The notes beneath the pieces are model-generated. The model was not told the DNA's origin. It made no database searches and was given only the letters and a program-made list of their open reading frames with translations. Made by a program: the position numbers and the translations under genes. 43,711 nucleotides of DNA from the IMG/VR virus record IMGVR_UViG_3300045988_142367. One strand, written 5' to 3'. This DNA comes from a virus. Positions 7,691 to 17,293 of the stretch are shown here, one piece after another. Every line of letters starts with the position of its first letter. Position 1 is the first letter of the stretch.

Positions 7691-9343
7691 TTATTCAAGA
7701 GTCCAGCTGTCGTTTGACTCTATAGTGAGCGTCTTGGATTCTCCGGCAGCCACAAAGGTGAGGCTCTCTGGAGTGAGGTTGATGTAGGAAGAAGACCCCT
7801 GCTGGCTAAACGTGAAGTCTCGGGTGGCAGTCTTGTCGCCCTCACCGGTGACAGTTACTGTCACTACAAAGCCTCCACGAGGCTCCGTAGTAGGATTGGC
7901 TCCAACGGAGACAATGCCGTCAGAAGAGAGAGCAAATCCAGTTGCAGCGGTCTTGACCTTTGGACTGAGATCAAAGACAACCGCAGCAGTAGTGCTGGCC
8001 TCTGTTCTGGTGGCGCCAGAAGTATAGGTGACAGTCTGCTTGGCGCCAACATTGGAGTTGTCGGTCATGTTTCGGCTTTGGGTACCGTCAGCCTTGAGTG
8101 AAACCTCTGTGGCAACGGCAGAGTCAAAGGTGATGTCACCGTAAGTAGCGGTGTTGGCTGCCTGATATACATCTACAGAAGCGGACTTGGTAGCTGTAGT
8201 CTTCCAAGTAACCGTAGCAGTGAGAGTGCCCTTCTTAGTTCTGTTGGTAACAGTTGTACCAAGTGAAGCAGCTGAAACTCCCTCACTAAAGGTGATGGTA
8301 CAATCATCAGAGCCGTTGGTGAGGGCAACATCACTGGTGACTGAACCCGAGGTGTAAGTCTGTGAACCCTTGGCTGTAACCGTAGTAGAAGATACTGAAC
8401 CTCCGGAAGCTGGGATGTCAGCTGGAGCAGCCAGTGTCACATCCGTAACTGCATAAGTAACGGAATTGGCTTGCTGACTAACTGAAACCTCTTTGGAAGC
8501 AGACTTGCCATTAGCATTGAGAGTGATAGTTACAGTGCCTGAAATCACGTCTCCAACCACGGTTGTACGAGATTCCGCAGATACCTGACCCGTAGCTGTG
8601 GCAAGGGTAAGAGATGAAGGCCATCCGGTCTTAGTTGCATAAGCAACAGTGCCACCGGTAGTAATGGTGCCACCCCCCGAGGTAACACCGTTCCATCCCC
8701 AAGGCTGGGAGAAGGAAACAGAAGGGGCATCAACGGTACCACCGGCAGCAGGGATTTGCTGATAAGTACCCACGGTGAGGGTAACAGCACCATAAGACTT
8801 GACACCCTTGGCCTGAATGATGGCGATAGCATCAGTGACAACATCGCCGTTACCATTCTGAAGCTTGATCTCCAATGTTCTGGCAGCTTCAGTCTTGTTC
8901 TCTGGGATCTTGACGTCGATAGTGAAAGTGAACTGAGCATCCTTACCCGGATCGTCATCAATGCCCGTGTCAGTCTTTCCATCCCAAGAATCATCGTTGA
9001 CTGCGTTGACTTGGATCTTGTAGGCTGCCCCAGAGATAATCTTGCCCGTAGTCTCGGCCACCTTGATGTTTGCCGTATTTGCGGTACCAGTGATCTGAAT
9101 GGTGTCAGAACCGTCAGAGTTGCTACCCTTTGCAGCGGCATTGTAAGTCTTGGTCGGCACATTAATAAACTCAGCCTTACCGGCCTGAGAAACTGAAGTA
9201 GTGTCTGTTGCACCTCCAGTTGTTTTAGCAGTGATTGTTCCACCTCTCTGCTGACGCCCCGTGTACTCACTGGCGGTAACCGTTGTGGAATCGTTCTTGG
9301 AACCTGAGCTCTTGCCCAGTTTAATCCAACTCGGTTTTGCCAT
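7691..9343 (-). CDS. Paralogous tail/receptor-binding protein with Ig/BACON-like repeats
   Basis: 550 aa; shares MAKPSWI, SQPWGWNGVTSGGG, VSLDDIPASGG-like and TYTSGATRT segments with 4856..7621. Confidence 0.6.
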   Translation of the reverse strand: MAKPSWIKLGKSSGSKNDSTTVTASEYTGRQQRGGTITAKTTGGATDTTSVSQAGKAEFINVPTKTYNAAAKGSNSDGSDTIQITGTANTANIKVAETTGKIISGAAYKIQVNAVNDDSWDGKTDTGIDDDPGKDAQFTFTIDVKIPENKTEAARTLEIKLQNGNGDVVTDAIAIIQAKGVKSYGAVTLTVGTYQQIPAAGGTVDAPSVSFSQPWGWNGVTSGGGTITTGGTVAYATKTGWPSSLTLATATGQVSAESRTTVVGDVISGTVTITLNANGKSASKEVSVSQQANSVTYAVTDVTLAAPADIPASGGSVSSTTVTAKGSQTYTSGSVTSDVALTNGSDDCTITFSEGVSAASLGTTVTNRTKKGTLTATVTWKTTATKSASVDVYQAANTATYGDITFDSAVATEVSLKADGTQSRNMTDNSNVGAKQTVTYTSGATRTEASTTAAVVFDLSPKVKTAATGFALSSDGIVSVGANPTTEPRGGFVVTVTVTGEGDKTATRDFTFSQQGSSSYINLTPESLTFVAAGESKTLTIESNDSWTLE

Positions 9344-9391
9344 ACTTTTTAATGGTTTTAGAATGTTAATAAATTAGCCTTTATTAGGTGT

Positions 9392-9553
9392 TTAGTCGTT
9401 GTATTTGACTCCAAGAGTCCAGGAAGCATTAGATTCTACGGTTAGATCTTTAGTGCTCTCTGGGTCCGGGAATTCTAAGTTCTCTGGAACAAGTTTGATG
9501 AACTCATTCAGAGATTGATGCTTATGCATCATCAGAGCTCTAAATACACTCAT
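9392..9553 (-). CDS. 53-aa orphan BACON-like module
   Basis: MSVFRALMMHKHQSLNEFIKLVPENLEFPDPESTKDLTVESNASWTLGVKYND; resembles the C-terminus INLTPESLTFVAAGESKTLTIESNDSWTLE of the neighbouring 550-aa protein. Absent from the ORF track because of size. Confidence 0.5.
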   Translation of the reverse strand: MSVFRALMMHKHQSLNEFIKLVPENLEFPDPESTKDLTVESNASWTLGVKYND

Positions 9554-9556
9554 AGC

Positions 9557-9913
9557 TTAGACTTTTGGAAATTCTCCCCAGACAGCCAGAGACCCTATCA
9601 CTGAGACCACATATATGCGATCAGCTTGAGTGACAGGAGCCTCTCCGTTCATCCATTTGATGGTGGAGTCACCCACGATAGCATGAATGGTTGCTCCCAC
9701 TTCGATAGTATAGACAGTCTCTTTGTGAGATGCGCTTGCCTGAACAATGTAATCGTCCTCGAGCTCTGGGACATCTACGTAGGTGATACCATCTAGTCTA
9801 TCCAGTACTTGTTTTACGGTCTCATTTTTGTGCTTTATCTGATCTGAGTCTGTGACATATTGGCCCTCTAATGGGCGTCTTATTTCGCCATAGATCTTGA
9901 TATAATCTGCCAT
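9557..9913 (-). CDS. Tail/fibre-associated hypothetical protein
   Basis: 118 aa between fibre-like genes, same strand. Confidence 0.55.
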   Translation of the reverse strand: MADYIKIYGEIRRPLEGQYVTDSDQIKHKNETVKQVLDRLDGITYVDVPELEDDYIVQASASHKETVYTIEVGATIHAIVGDSTIKWMNGEAPVTQADRIYVVSVIGSLAVWGEFPKV

Positions 9914-9926
9914 GATATTCTAAGTT

Positions 9927-11042
9927 TTAAGAGATAACAATGGTCATAGGGTCAGTACCAGGAAGATCCTTAGTTCGATAGCACTTGTAGGTTCCCAGTG
10001 GAGTAGAAGCCTCTACTGGAGCCAAGAACGGAACATCGAAACCACTAGATGTAACCTTGTTGATTGACATGGTGTTAGGGACGCAGAGCCACATGTACTT
10101 AGTAGCATCATCATTGGTGAGAGTCTTGGTACCATTGAGAGAAGAGCCTCCCTTAGTCAGTGAAGTGATAGTCAACTCATTTCCTGTGGTGGCCTTAGAG
10201 AATCCATAGTATACTGGGAGATAGAGATTAGCACTGATAGACCTTGGTGAGTTCTTTATAGTAGTAGAACCCTTCTTAGCAGTGACTGAGCCAGATTTGT
10301 AGCCCTGAGTAGAGAGAGTGAATTTCTCTGAGCCCTCCGCTACATTCTCCAGGGTCTTAGTCTCGCCGTTGAACTGGATCTGGACAGTGTCAGCTACTAC
10401 TGGCTTAGAGTTTCTGAGAACCCTGAAAGATACACTGACCTCTACTGAGTTACCTGTCCATTCTGCCGAAGACGGCGAGATGGAAGCCTCAAGTGAAGTC
10501 GGGAAGCAGTAGTCCTGCAGCTCCCTTATGGCTCCTGTCACGACTCTGTTCTGCACGCAATTCTCACTGGTCTCAGAAAGTTCGGAGTCAGGCTTGCAGG
10601 ATTCACCTGGTGTGGGATCAGGGACATCTCCACCGCCCGATGTCTCTTTATCCACATAGAGATTGACAATACAACTGTCTTCCTGAACCCCGGAAGCATC
10701 GTTGCATGAGGCAACCCTTATGACTCCGTGCTGAAGTATCCTCTTCTTGATGCCGGAGCCATTGACGAAAACGACTTCCACCCCATAGTCGCCTATCGGG
10801 AGAGAGCCGGTTTCAACGAGTCCTCTGATCTCGTTGGTCGTGACAAACCGTGCTTTGACGGCGACTTTCCTGTCGGAACCTACCACCTTCGCCATTATTT
10901 CTGAGCAGTCCTCCAATTCGTAGGCTCTGTCTTGGCCGAACGTCAGTCCTTTCGACCAAAGACAGATCCTGATAGGGAAATCATTCCCCCTGACGACATG
11001 GAAAATGTCGTTTTTTTCGTTGTATGCGCAATTCATATTCAT
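9927..11042 (-). CDS. Baseplate/receptor-binding-type protein
   Basis: 371 aa; N-terminal module FHVVRGNDFPIRICLWSKG..., Ig-like middle, distinct C-terminal domain; position in the tail module. Confidence 0.5.
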   Translation of the reverse strand: MNMNCAYNEKNDIFHVVRGNDFPIRICLWSKGLTFGQDRAYELEDCSEIMAKVVGSDRKVAVKARFVTTNEIRGLVETGSLPIGDYGVEVVFVNGSGIKKRILQHGVIRVASCNDASGVQEDSCIVNLYVDKETSGGGDVPDPTPGESCKPDSELSETSENCVQNRVVTGAIRELQDYCFPTSLEASISPSSAEWTGNSVEVSVSFRVLRNSKPVVADTVQIQFNGETKTLENVAEGSEKFTLSTQGYKSGSVTAKKGSTTIKNSPRSISANLYLPVYYGFSKATTGNELTITSLTKGGSSLNGTKTLTNDDATKYMWLCVPNTMSINKVTSSGFDVPFLAPVEASTPLGTYKCYRTKDLPGTDPMTIVIS

Positions 11043-11067
11043 TAATATCTAATGCTTGAGTTCTTGG

Positions 11068-14000
11068 TTATCGTTCCTCCGAGGGGTCGAGCGTCAGCGC
11101 GGTGGCGAAATTCATGGAATTATCTGCCTCCTGTGTACATTCACAAGTTGCAATAACAGCCCCTGAACTTGTCAACAAACTCAAATCAAAGGTTCTCTCA
11201 GCAGTGCCATTAACATCTGGCTGTATGTACATAGGAGTTATGTTACGATCACCTCTACTGAATGGTAAATTTGCAGTTTTAGATGTTCCGTCTTCAGAAT
11301 AGGTAAAGGTGACATAGGATGGCCCATCAATCGTCCAACCTAAGTTGTCCGGGTTGTTAAGGGTGAGCTCCAACCCATCGGGACTCGATTCTGATTGCCC
11401 CAGACTGTCAAAGCGGAATGTAGAAGGAACATCCCAAGAAAGCAGGATCTTGGATTCCTGAGTTACGGTACAAGTAGCATAGACAGTATTCCCATCAGTG
11501 CTTACCAATTGTACAGTGCCGGTTCTTGAAGAGCCGGTGTCATTTGCCCTTGCCACCAGGTCGGTGTCGCGGTCTCCGGATCCCTCGGTAATCCCGTCGC
11601 TGACAAGGCACCAGTCCGGAAGCGTCAGTCTCCAGCCGGCGCTGTCTTTGTCCGTTATCGTGAAAATCGCTCCGTCGCCACCCGCCTCAAATGCTTGCGT
11701 CGCCGGGAGGGACCATGTGGCGGCCCTTGCCGCCGACTGCACAATCGTGAACGACTTCGAATATGTTCCCTTGCCGTCCGTTCTGGTTCCTGTTACCGTG
11801 ACTGTCCCGACGCGCTCGGAGGCCGTGGTGTTCTGCGCGAAGGTAACCTTAACCGAGGAGGATTCGATGGAGGCCGCAGCCGCTGAGAGTCCTCCGGACA
11901 CCGTCGCGTTCAAACCCGTAAGGTTTTGGTAGGACATCGGATTCGTCAATACAGTTAGCGTGGCCTTAACCGTGGCACTGTTCATGGAGAATGTGATGGA
12001 GGGTTCCAGCGATGCCGCCGCTTTCTGTTCCACGCTGCTTACGGCGAAGGTTGTGTTGCCGTCAGCGCTCTTCAGCGTTATGTTTCCAGACCGTTCCGCA
12101 CCGGTGTTGGCATCGACTTGGAACGAGACCTCTCCGCTGCCTGTTCCAGAATCGATTCCGCCTTCGGCTCCCATCCAGTCAGGGTACTCCACTTTCCAGC
12201 CAACATTGTAGTTGTCGGTGACCTGGATAGATGGAGCATTGCTTCCGTCGGCTTTGATGATCCAGGTTGAAGGCAAATTCCAGGACGGGTCGACTTTCGG
12301 AGTCTCAGCCTTGGCGGCTTGTTTGGCGACACATATTGTTAAATTACTCGCGCCGCTTTTGAGTATGAGTTCGAAACTGCGCGAAGAACCGGTGTCGTTC
12401 GCAGGGTATCTGACCGATAGTTTCCCTTGGCCTGTTCCGGTCGCAGAGCCTGACTCTAACGTCAGAGGACTATCGAACACTACTCTCCAGCCTGCTCTCG
12501 CAGGATCGCTTATGTTTATGTCAAAGGTGCCGCCGGCAGGATTCAAGGTCAGATATTCTCCGAGGTACGAAGAAGGAAGATCCCACGATGGGTCTTCGGC
12601 TGATGCCGCCGCTGCTTTCTGCGTCACCGTATACGACTTCGAGAAGGTTCCCTTGCCGTCCGTTCTGTCTCCTGTCAGGGTAACCGTGGCCATTTTCGCC
12701 GAATTGCCCGTGTTCTCCGCATAGGCGAACCCGATGAGGTAACCGGTGATCGACGGCCCCGTGGTTATGGTCATCCCTCCAGAGGCGGACACCCGAAGGT
12801 TGGTGAGTCCTGTCGTGGTGAACGTGTTTGTCACGGTGCCGGCCTTTGCCTCGACCTCTATGCTGTCTTTCTGGAAGCTGATGCTGACTTCAGCCGAAAA
12901 ATAGGTGACGTTCACTGACTTCTCGGCGTAGATGTTTGGTTTGTCTGTACTTGTCGCCCGGATCTTGACCGTAGAACCGTTCGCTCCTCCCTTGACAGTA
13001 AGCAGCCCCTTCTCATCGATGGACGCATAGTCCGAACCGCTCACCACACTCCAGGTTATGCTCCGCTGTGTCGTGTTCGACGGTGAATATGTCACCTGGA
13101 ACTGCGCCGTGTTGCTTACATCGTTCACGGTGGACGGCCCGAGGATGCCAAGTCCTGTGATGTCGATGTCCACTTTGTCAATGACAGTGTTGTTAGGGTT
13201 TGCGTAATGCCATTTGAACGTCATGCTGCTGACAGTCCTATCCGTCAGCGATGTCTTGAACTCGTCCACGACAATAGCCCGTTCCGAACCATCCTTCTCG
13301 ATGATGTACCTCTCCTTGGCCGCAAGAAACTCCAGCCAGTACCCGTTCATCCCGATGCTGTCGATGTGCCCGGAGTTCTGCTCGAATATCATCGAATAGT
13401 CATTCTCCAGCTCCTGCTCTATCCCGGAATTCACGAACACCTGCGTCTCCGACTCTATCGAGCGGCTGAACTTCCCGGTTGCGTGAATATATTCATACGT
13501 CCTTCGCCGCCCCAGGAACTTGTACGTCTTCAGTGGCAACCGCATCCTCTTGATGACGAAAGAATATACCGTTGACTTGCTTCCGGAACACTCTATCCAA
13601 ACATCATAGGACACTATGTTTGACACGTCCAGCCCCTTTGCGGAAGCGGTCGCCAGCATCGTGTCAGCGGAAATGTCAAGGTCATAATATTTCAGATTAA
13701 TGCTATACGTGGGACTGAGCTCGTAGTTGCTGGATGAGCCTCCGGCAAGATAGTTAAATCTGACATAGGTGGAGACATCACCCGCCATCCTGTAGAACCA
13801 GAGTCTGTCTTCGGCTCCGACATGGACAGGAGATTTTTCCGGCCTTGTCGTGAATATGGTCGCGGCAAGCGACTTGTAGGCGAACTTCCGGCAAGGCAGC
13901 ACACTGAAACTGTACGAGCAAGACGACGTGCCTTGCGTGGCTGCGAATACTCCTGTAATCATCCCGACACCGTTGCCTTTCAGAACCCTGAGTATTTCCC

Positions 14001-14172
14001 CCGCCGGCAACCGTACTATGCCAGAGTTTGGAGTCACCTCAAAACTCATGACCTCCTGATTGGGGACAAAGGTGTTGAGCCTGACGGAGATCGTCACCGT
14101 GTCATCCGATTCCGTGGTCAGCGTCAGCCAAGAGCTTTCGTCAGCGAATTGTATGCTACCTGTAAATTCCAT
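11068..14172 (-). CDS. Large tail protein with multiple BACON/Ig-like repeats
   Basis: 1034 aa; repeated SWDLP/SWNLPSTW...GWRVxxD...GSGxGxxxxxxxxNTGxxRSGTxxLxSxxG modules. Confidence 0.65.
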   Translation of the reverse strand: MEFTGSIQFADESSWLTLTTESDDTVTISVRLNTFVPNQEVMSFEVTPNSGIVRLPAGEILRVLKGNGVGMITGVFAATQGTSSCSYSFSVLPCRKFAYKSLAATIFTTRPEKSPVHVGAEDRLWFYRMAGDVSTYVRFNYLAGGSSSNYELSPTYSINLKYYDLDISADTMLATASAKGLDVSNIVSYDVWIECSGSKSTVYSFVIKRMRLPLKTYKFLGRRRTYEYIHATGKFSRSIESETQVFVNSGIEQELENDYSMIFEQNSGHIDSIGMNGYWLEFLAAKERYIIEKDGSERAIVVDEFKTSLTDRTVSSMTFKWHYANPNNTVIDKVDIDITGLGILGPSTVNDVSNTAQFQVTYSPSNTTQRSITWSVVSGSDYASIDEKGLLTVKGGANGSTVKIRATSTDKPNIYAEKSVNVTYFSAEVSISFQKDSIEVEAKAGTVTNTFTTTGLTNLRVSASGGMTITTGPSITGYLIGFAYAENTGNSAKMATVTLTGDRTDGKGTFSKSYTVTQKAAAASAEDPSWDLPSSYLGEYLTLNPAGGTFDINISDPARAGWRVVFDSPLTLESGSATGTGQGKLSVRYPANDTGSSRSFELILKSGASNLTICVAKQAAKAETPKVDPSWNLPSTWIIKADGSNAPSIQVTDNYNVGWKVEYPDWMGAEGGIDSGTGSGEVSFQVDANTGAERSGNITLKSADGNTTFAVSSVEQKAAASLEPSITFSMNSATVKATLTVLTNPMSYQNLTGLNATVSGGLSAAAASIESSSVKVTFAQNTTASERVGTVTVTGTRTDGKGTYSKSFTIVQSAARAATWSLPATQAFEAGGDGAIFTITDKDSAGWRLTLPDWCLVSDGITEGSGDRDTDLVARANDTGSSRTGTVQLVSTDGNTVYATCTVTQESKILLSWDVPSTFRFDSLGQSESSPDGLELTLNNPDNLGWTIDGPSYVTFTYSEDGTSKTANLPFSRGDRNITPMYIQPDVNGTAERTFDLSLLTSSGAVIATCECTQEADNSMNFATALTLDPSEER

Positions 14173-14250
14173 ATCCGTGTTTCAATGGCAGGGTATATCA
14201 TCCCCAACCCAGGACAAATGTACACCTGGAGACCCCATTCAGAAAGGACA

Positions 14251-16056
14251 TCAGATTTCGATGAACTCGCCTCTGGTGGAGACCCTGTCCGAACCCGCCG
14301 CCACCGTCACCGAGAGCTTCGCCACGATCCATTTCCTCCCCCTGAAGTACACCGGCCTGTACAGCCTGAAGTTGTGCAGTTCGACAGGCGTGAGGTTCAC
14401 GTCCACGGCCACCCTCTGCCTCGTCTTTCCCAGCCACTGGGCGAATGCCTTGTGATATTCTTCCCAGAGACCGCCGGGAGTAAGGTCTTCGGTTCCAACA
14501 AACTGAAAGTCCGCCTTTGAGATAGGGGCGAATATGCCATTGCTGAAAAACTGATCCTCAAATGACACCCCTATGTAGACCTTGTTGTCACGCTCTTTTC
14601 CAACATCGTTCGGTTCAATTATAGCCGCCATGCTCCGTGGAAAAGTTGTGTCGGAAATGAATAATTTTTCCGGCACGCAGCCCGCTGTCATAAATTCGGT
14701 GCTATTGTCAAATGTGTCTGCGCCTTCCACATGGTTTTCCACAGGCTTTGCCCCTTTGTAAAGCAAGTCGCATTCATACGCTATTTCCGTTACAGGAACG
14801 ATCACGCCATTGTTTGGGTTATATTGTCTCCTTACGACTCCGTCATATTTGCGGCCAGAATAGACATCACCAGTAGCCTCGTCGAAGACCACCGAATAAT
14901 CCTCACTTGACGAAAAGTGCGCCAGTATGCCGCCCACATTGCCCTCTTGGATTCTTTCTACTCGACCGTCTTCCATATTTTGGGTTAGCTTTGTAGTGTC
15001 ATAGGAGATTCCATCGTCGCCATAGCCGAACTTATAAGATACGGCTTTCTCTTCCGAAGAAGAATAATCGTCCTCTATTTTTTCTTCCCAATCCTCGACA
15101 GGATAGCCAAGAACATCTTTATTCTCTATCATTCTAACTTTTCCGCCGTCGTTGAATATGGTCGAACAGAACATCGAACAAAGACCTTTAATCAACTCAG
15201 CGAAAGAGAGGTCTGGAAGGAACGAGGCCAAATCAGTGATCTTATTGTTTCCTGGAGTAGAAGATCCTCGCCTTGTGGGCTTTCCGGTTGACGGTGGCCT
15301 TGTTCCCGATGTTGCCACGTCACGCCACCTGTTCGGCTTCACCACGTCATCAAACAAGAATTCGTGGTATCTACCAAGAATGGATAGTTCAGCCCATCCG
15401 TTCCGGAGTAGCATGTCGTTAGGAACATTTACCGAGCATCCTGCCAGGATGACCCTCAATGGAATAGCCGGAATGAAGGTATTATAGGTAAAACTCTCTG
15501 ACGCATTGTAATAATTGTAATACTTCTTCCTGTAGAGGTAATCGTCTTCAGTTAGTTGCCCTGTGGTAGCGCCTGCTGAACCTGGCTCACCTGACACGGG
15601 AATTCTACTGATCACCGAATATGGCTGTATTGCAACATTTGTCTTGTTAATAAGCAGCGGCGTAGAAAACTTCGAGAGGGTGCTTGGGATGGAACCCGTG
15701 TCGAACTCCAGGATGCTCTTCTCCCAGATCTTCCCCTCCAGTTCCACCATCTTCTCCGTGAACGTGTACATCAGACATCCGTCCTCGATGCCGTCGTACA
15801 CCAGCGTGCCGGTCACGAAAGGCACGCCGCCGATCCACACCGAGGCCTCCAGCCTCTTCACGTTCGGAGCCAGGAACATCGCCGGAGTGTAGCCGAACAC
15901 CTTCCTGTTCACCGGCGACGGCGGGAACGAGATCTGCGTGCTGAAAGCTGAAGGGATATGCTCCTCGTCCAGCATCGGGTTCTCCATCTCGATCTGGAAC
16001 TCGAACCCCTTCGTAAGATCCAGCTCCGTGTAGTCCTTTGTCAGTATCCTAACCAT
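14251..16056 (-). CDS. Distal tail/baseplate protein
   Basis: 601 aa, MVRILTKDYTELDLTKGFEFQIEMENPMLDEEHIPSAFSTQISFPPSPVNRKVF..., located between the tape measure and the fibre-like genes. Confidence 0.55.
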   Translation of the reverse strand: MVRILTKDYTELDLTKGFEFQIEMENPMLDEEHIPSAFSTQISFPPSPVNRKVFGYTPAMFLAPNVKRLEASVWIGGVPFVTGTLVYDGIEDGCLMYTFTEKMVELEGKIWEKSILEFDTGSIPSTLSKFSTPLLINKTNVAIQPYSVISRIPVSGEPGSAGATTGQLTEDDYLYRKKYYNYYNASESFTYNTFIPAIPLRVILAGCSVNVPNDMLLRNGWAELSILGRYHEFLFDDVVKPNRWRDVATSGTRPPSTGKPTRRGSSTPGNNKITDLASFLPDLSFAELIKGLCSMFCSTIFNDGGKVRMIENKDVLGYPVEDWEEKIEDDYSSSEEKAVSYKFGYGDDGISYDTTKLTQNMEDGRVERIQEGNVGGILAHFSSSEDYSVVFDEATGDVYSGRKYDGVVRRQYNPNNGVIVPVTEIAYECDLLYKGAKPVENHVEGADTFDNSTEFMTAGCVPEKLFISDTTFPRSMAAIIEPNDVGKERDNKVYIGVSFEDQFFSNGIFAPISKADFQFVGTEDLTPGGLWEEYHKAFAQWLGKTRQRVAVDVNLTPVELHNFRLYRPVYFRGRKWIVAKLSVTVAAGSDRVSTRGEFIEI

Positions 16057-16117
16057 AAATTCCCCATTTTATGGCACAAAAATAGCCGCCCTCAGGCGGC
16101 CACAAAGGACAACAAGA

Positions 16118-16579
16118 TTACTCTTCTAATTTGAATTTTTTCAGCACATAAGGCTTGATGGCCGGGGATTGTCGGACGTGGTCAAGACACTCTTTCAGGT
16201 CTTCTTCCTTTATATGTCCAAGATATTCAGCGCTTTCCAGAACCCTTTCGCTACTGAACTCCCTCACTGTGTAGCAATCCACATAGCTATCGTGATCAAG
16301 GAAATCATTGTCAGCAACTTTGACCAAATGCTGATATGGTGCGATCTGGGCAAACATGCTTTCATTGATCCGCGTGTTCACCAAAAGGGCGGCCAGCACA
16401 CCACCATCATCAGTCTGTCCTATGATAACAAATCTTTTCGGTTTGGAGTCCTTCCCTTGCTTGGGCTTAACCCTGTCCTCCGGAAACATCTCCATTTTCA
16501 GAACCTGACCGATCCCAATCGCCTGCTTCCTGAGTTTGTCAGGAAATGCTCCCAGTTCCATCATGATCTGGCAAACCAT
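16118..16579 (-). CDS. Candidate toxin partner of the Panacea antitoxin
   Basis: KPKRFVIIGQTDDGGVLAALLVNTRIN...YQHLVKVADNDFLDHDSYVDCYTV; overlaps the end of the upstream Panacea-domain gene. Toxin assignment is by context. Confidence 0.45.
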   Translation of the reverse strand: MVCQIMMELGAFPDKLRKQAIGIGQVLKMEMFPEDRVKPKQGKDSKPKRFVIIGQTDDGGVLAALLVNTRINESMFAQIAPYQHLVKVADNDFLDHDSYVDCYTVREFSSERVLESAEYLGHIKEEDLKECLDHVRQSPAIKPYVLKKFKLEE

Positions 16580-17166
16580 TCAGTATCAAGAAAGTCCTTC
16601 AGGTACTGCAACGCATCATCAGAGGCGTTTCCTTCCTTGGATATATTCATGATGTCCATCTCCTTGAGGGAAGTGCCACTGTTGAAAGCGCGGCTCCACT
16701 CCTGCCCGTGCGTGTCATCCATGATCTGACTGAAGGACATCCCGGCAACTTTGCTGATTCCGTAGTTCAGACATTCTATGTCAGACAGGGAAAGAAAATC
16801 CATGTCGGGTCTCTCTTTCGCTGAAAATCTCTCATTCTCGAAAGCTATGGCATCCGAAGCCAAATGCATGTCATCTGCCTTATGGTAGTCGAGCACACGA
16901 GAATCGCCACGTGCCATTTTCAGAATATTGTAGATGTTGGACGGTACCGGCCCGAACGGCAAAGCGCAGATGCAGTCCTTGAAGAGGGGAGTGCCATACC
17001 GCGCAAGGTGGTTCTGCTGCGCATAGTAAGCCGCCTTGACAAGGCTGTAGATGTCCCTCTTACCATCCTTACTATGCGTCAGGATGTAGAGCAGAACCGC
17101 CTTGATCACCAATATGTCATCTTTCCCAAGCCTCATGGATTTCCGTGTATTTCGTTTGCATATCAT
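16561..17166 (-). CDS. Panacea/SocA-domain (DUF4065-type) antitoxin
   Basis: LVKAAYYAQQNHLARYGTPLFKDCICALPFGPVPSNIYNI matches the YYAQ..HL..G.PLF......W..GPV...IY family signature. Confidence 0.75.
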   Translation of the reverse strand: MICKRNTRKSMRLGKDDILVIKAVLLYILTHSKDGKRDIYSLVKAAYYAQQNHLARYGTPLFKDCICALPFGPVPSNIYNILKMARGDSRVLDYHKADDMHLASDAIAFENERFSAKERPDMDFLSLSDIECLNYGISKVAGMSFSQIMDDTHGQEWSRAFNSGTSLKEMDIMNISKEGNASDDALQYLKDFLDTEWFARS

Positions 17167-17293
17167 TTGTGTTTACAAAGGAACAAACTTTAGACCAAAA
17201 TTCCAACACTTTCCGCTGATTTTCACATCGTTCTGTGTCCTTCTTGGCACAAAGACAGCCGCCCTGAGGCGGCTGTATGGGACGGCGGGATTG

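Noticed and set aside
8545-9270. 241-aa minus-strand ORF
   Set aside because: Overlaps the 550-aa paralogous tail gene in another frame; Arg/Ser/Leu-rich without repeats or motifs.
11498-12724. Plus-strand ORFs of 83-170 aa in the tail protein region
   Set aside because: Shadow ORFs of the repeat-rich 1034-aa minus-strand gene; their similarity to each other only mirrors the sense-strand repeats.
4856-14172. Possible diversity-generating retroelement acting on the receptor-binding genes
   Set aside because: No reverse transcriptase (YxDD-type) ORF was seen in the supplied ORF translations and no template repeat was recognised by eye. A DGR search with RT HMMs would settle it.
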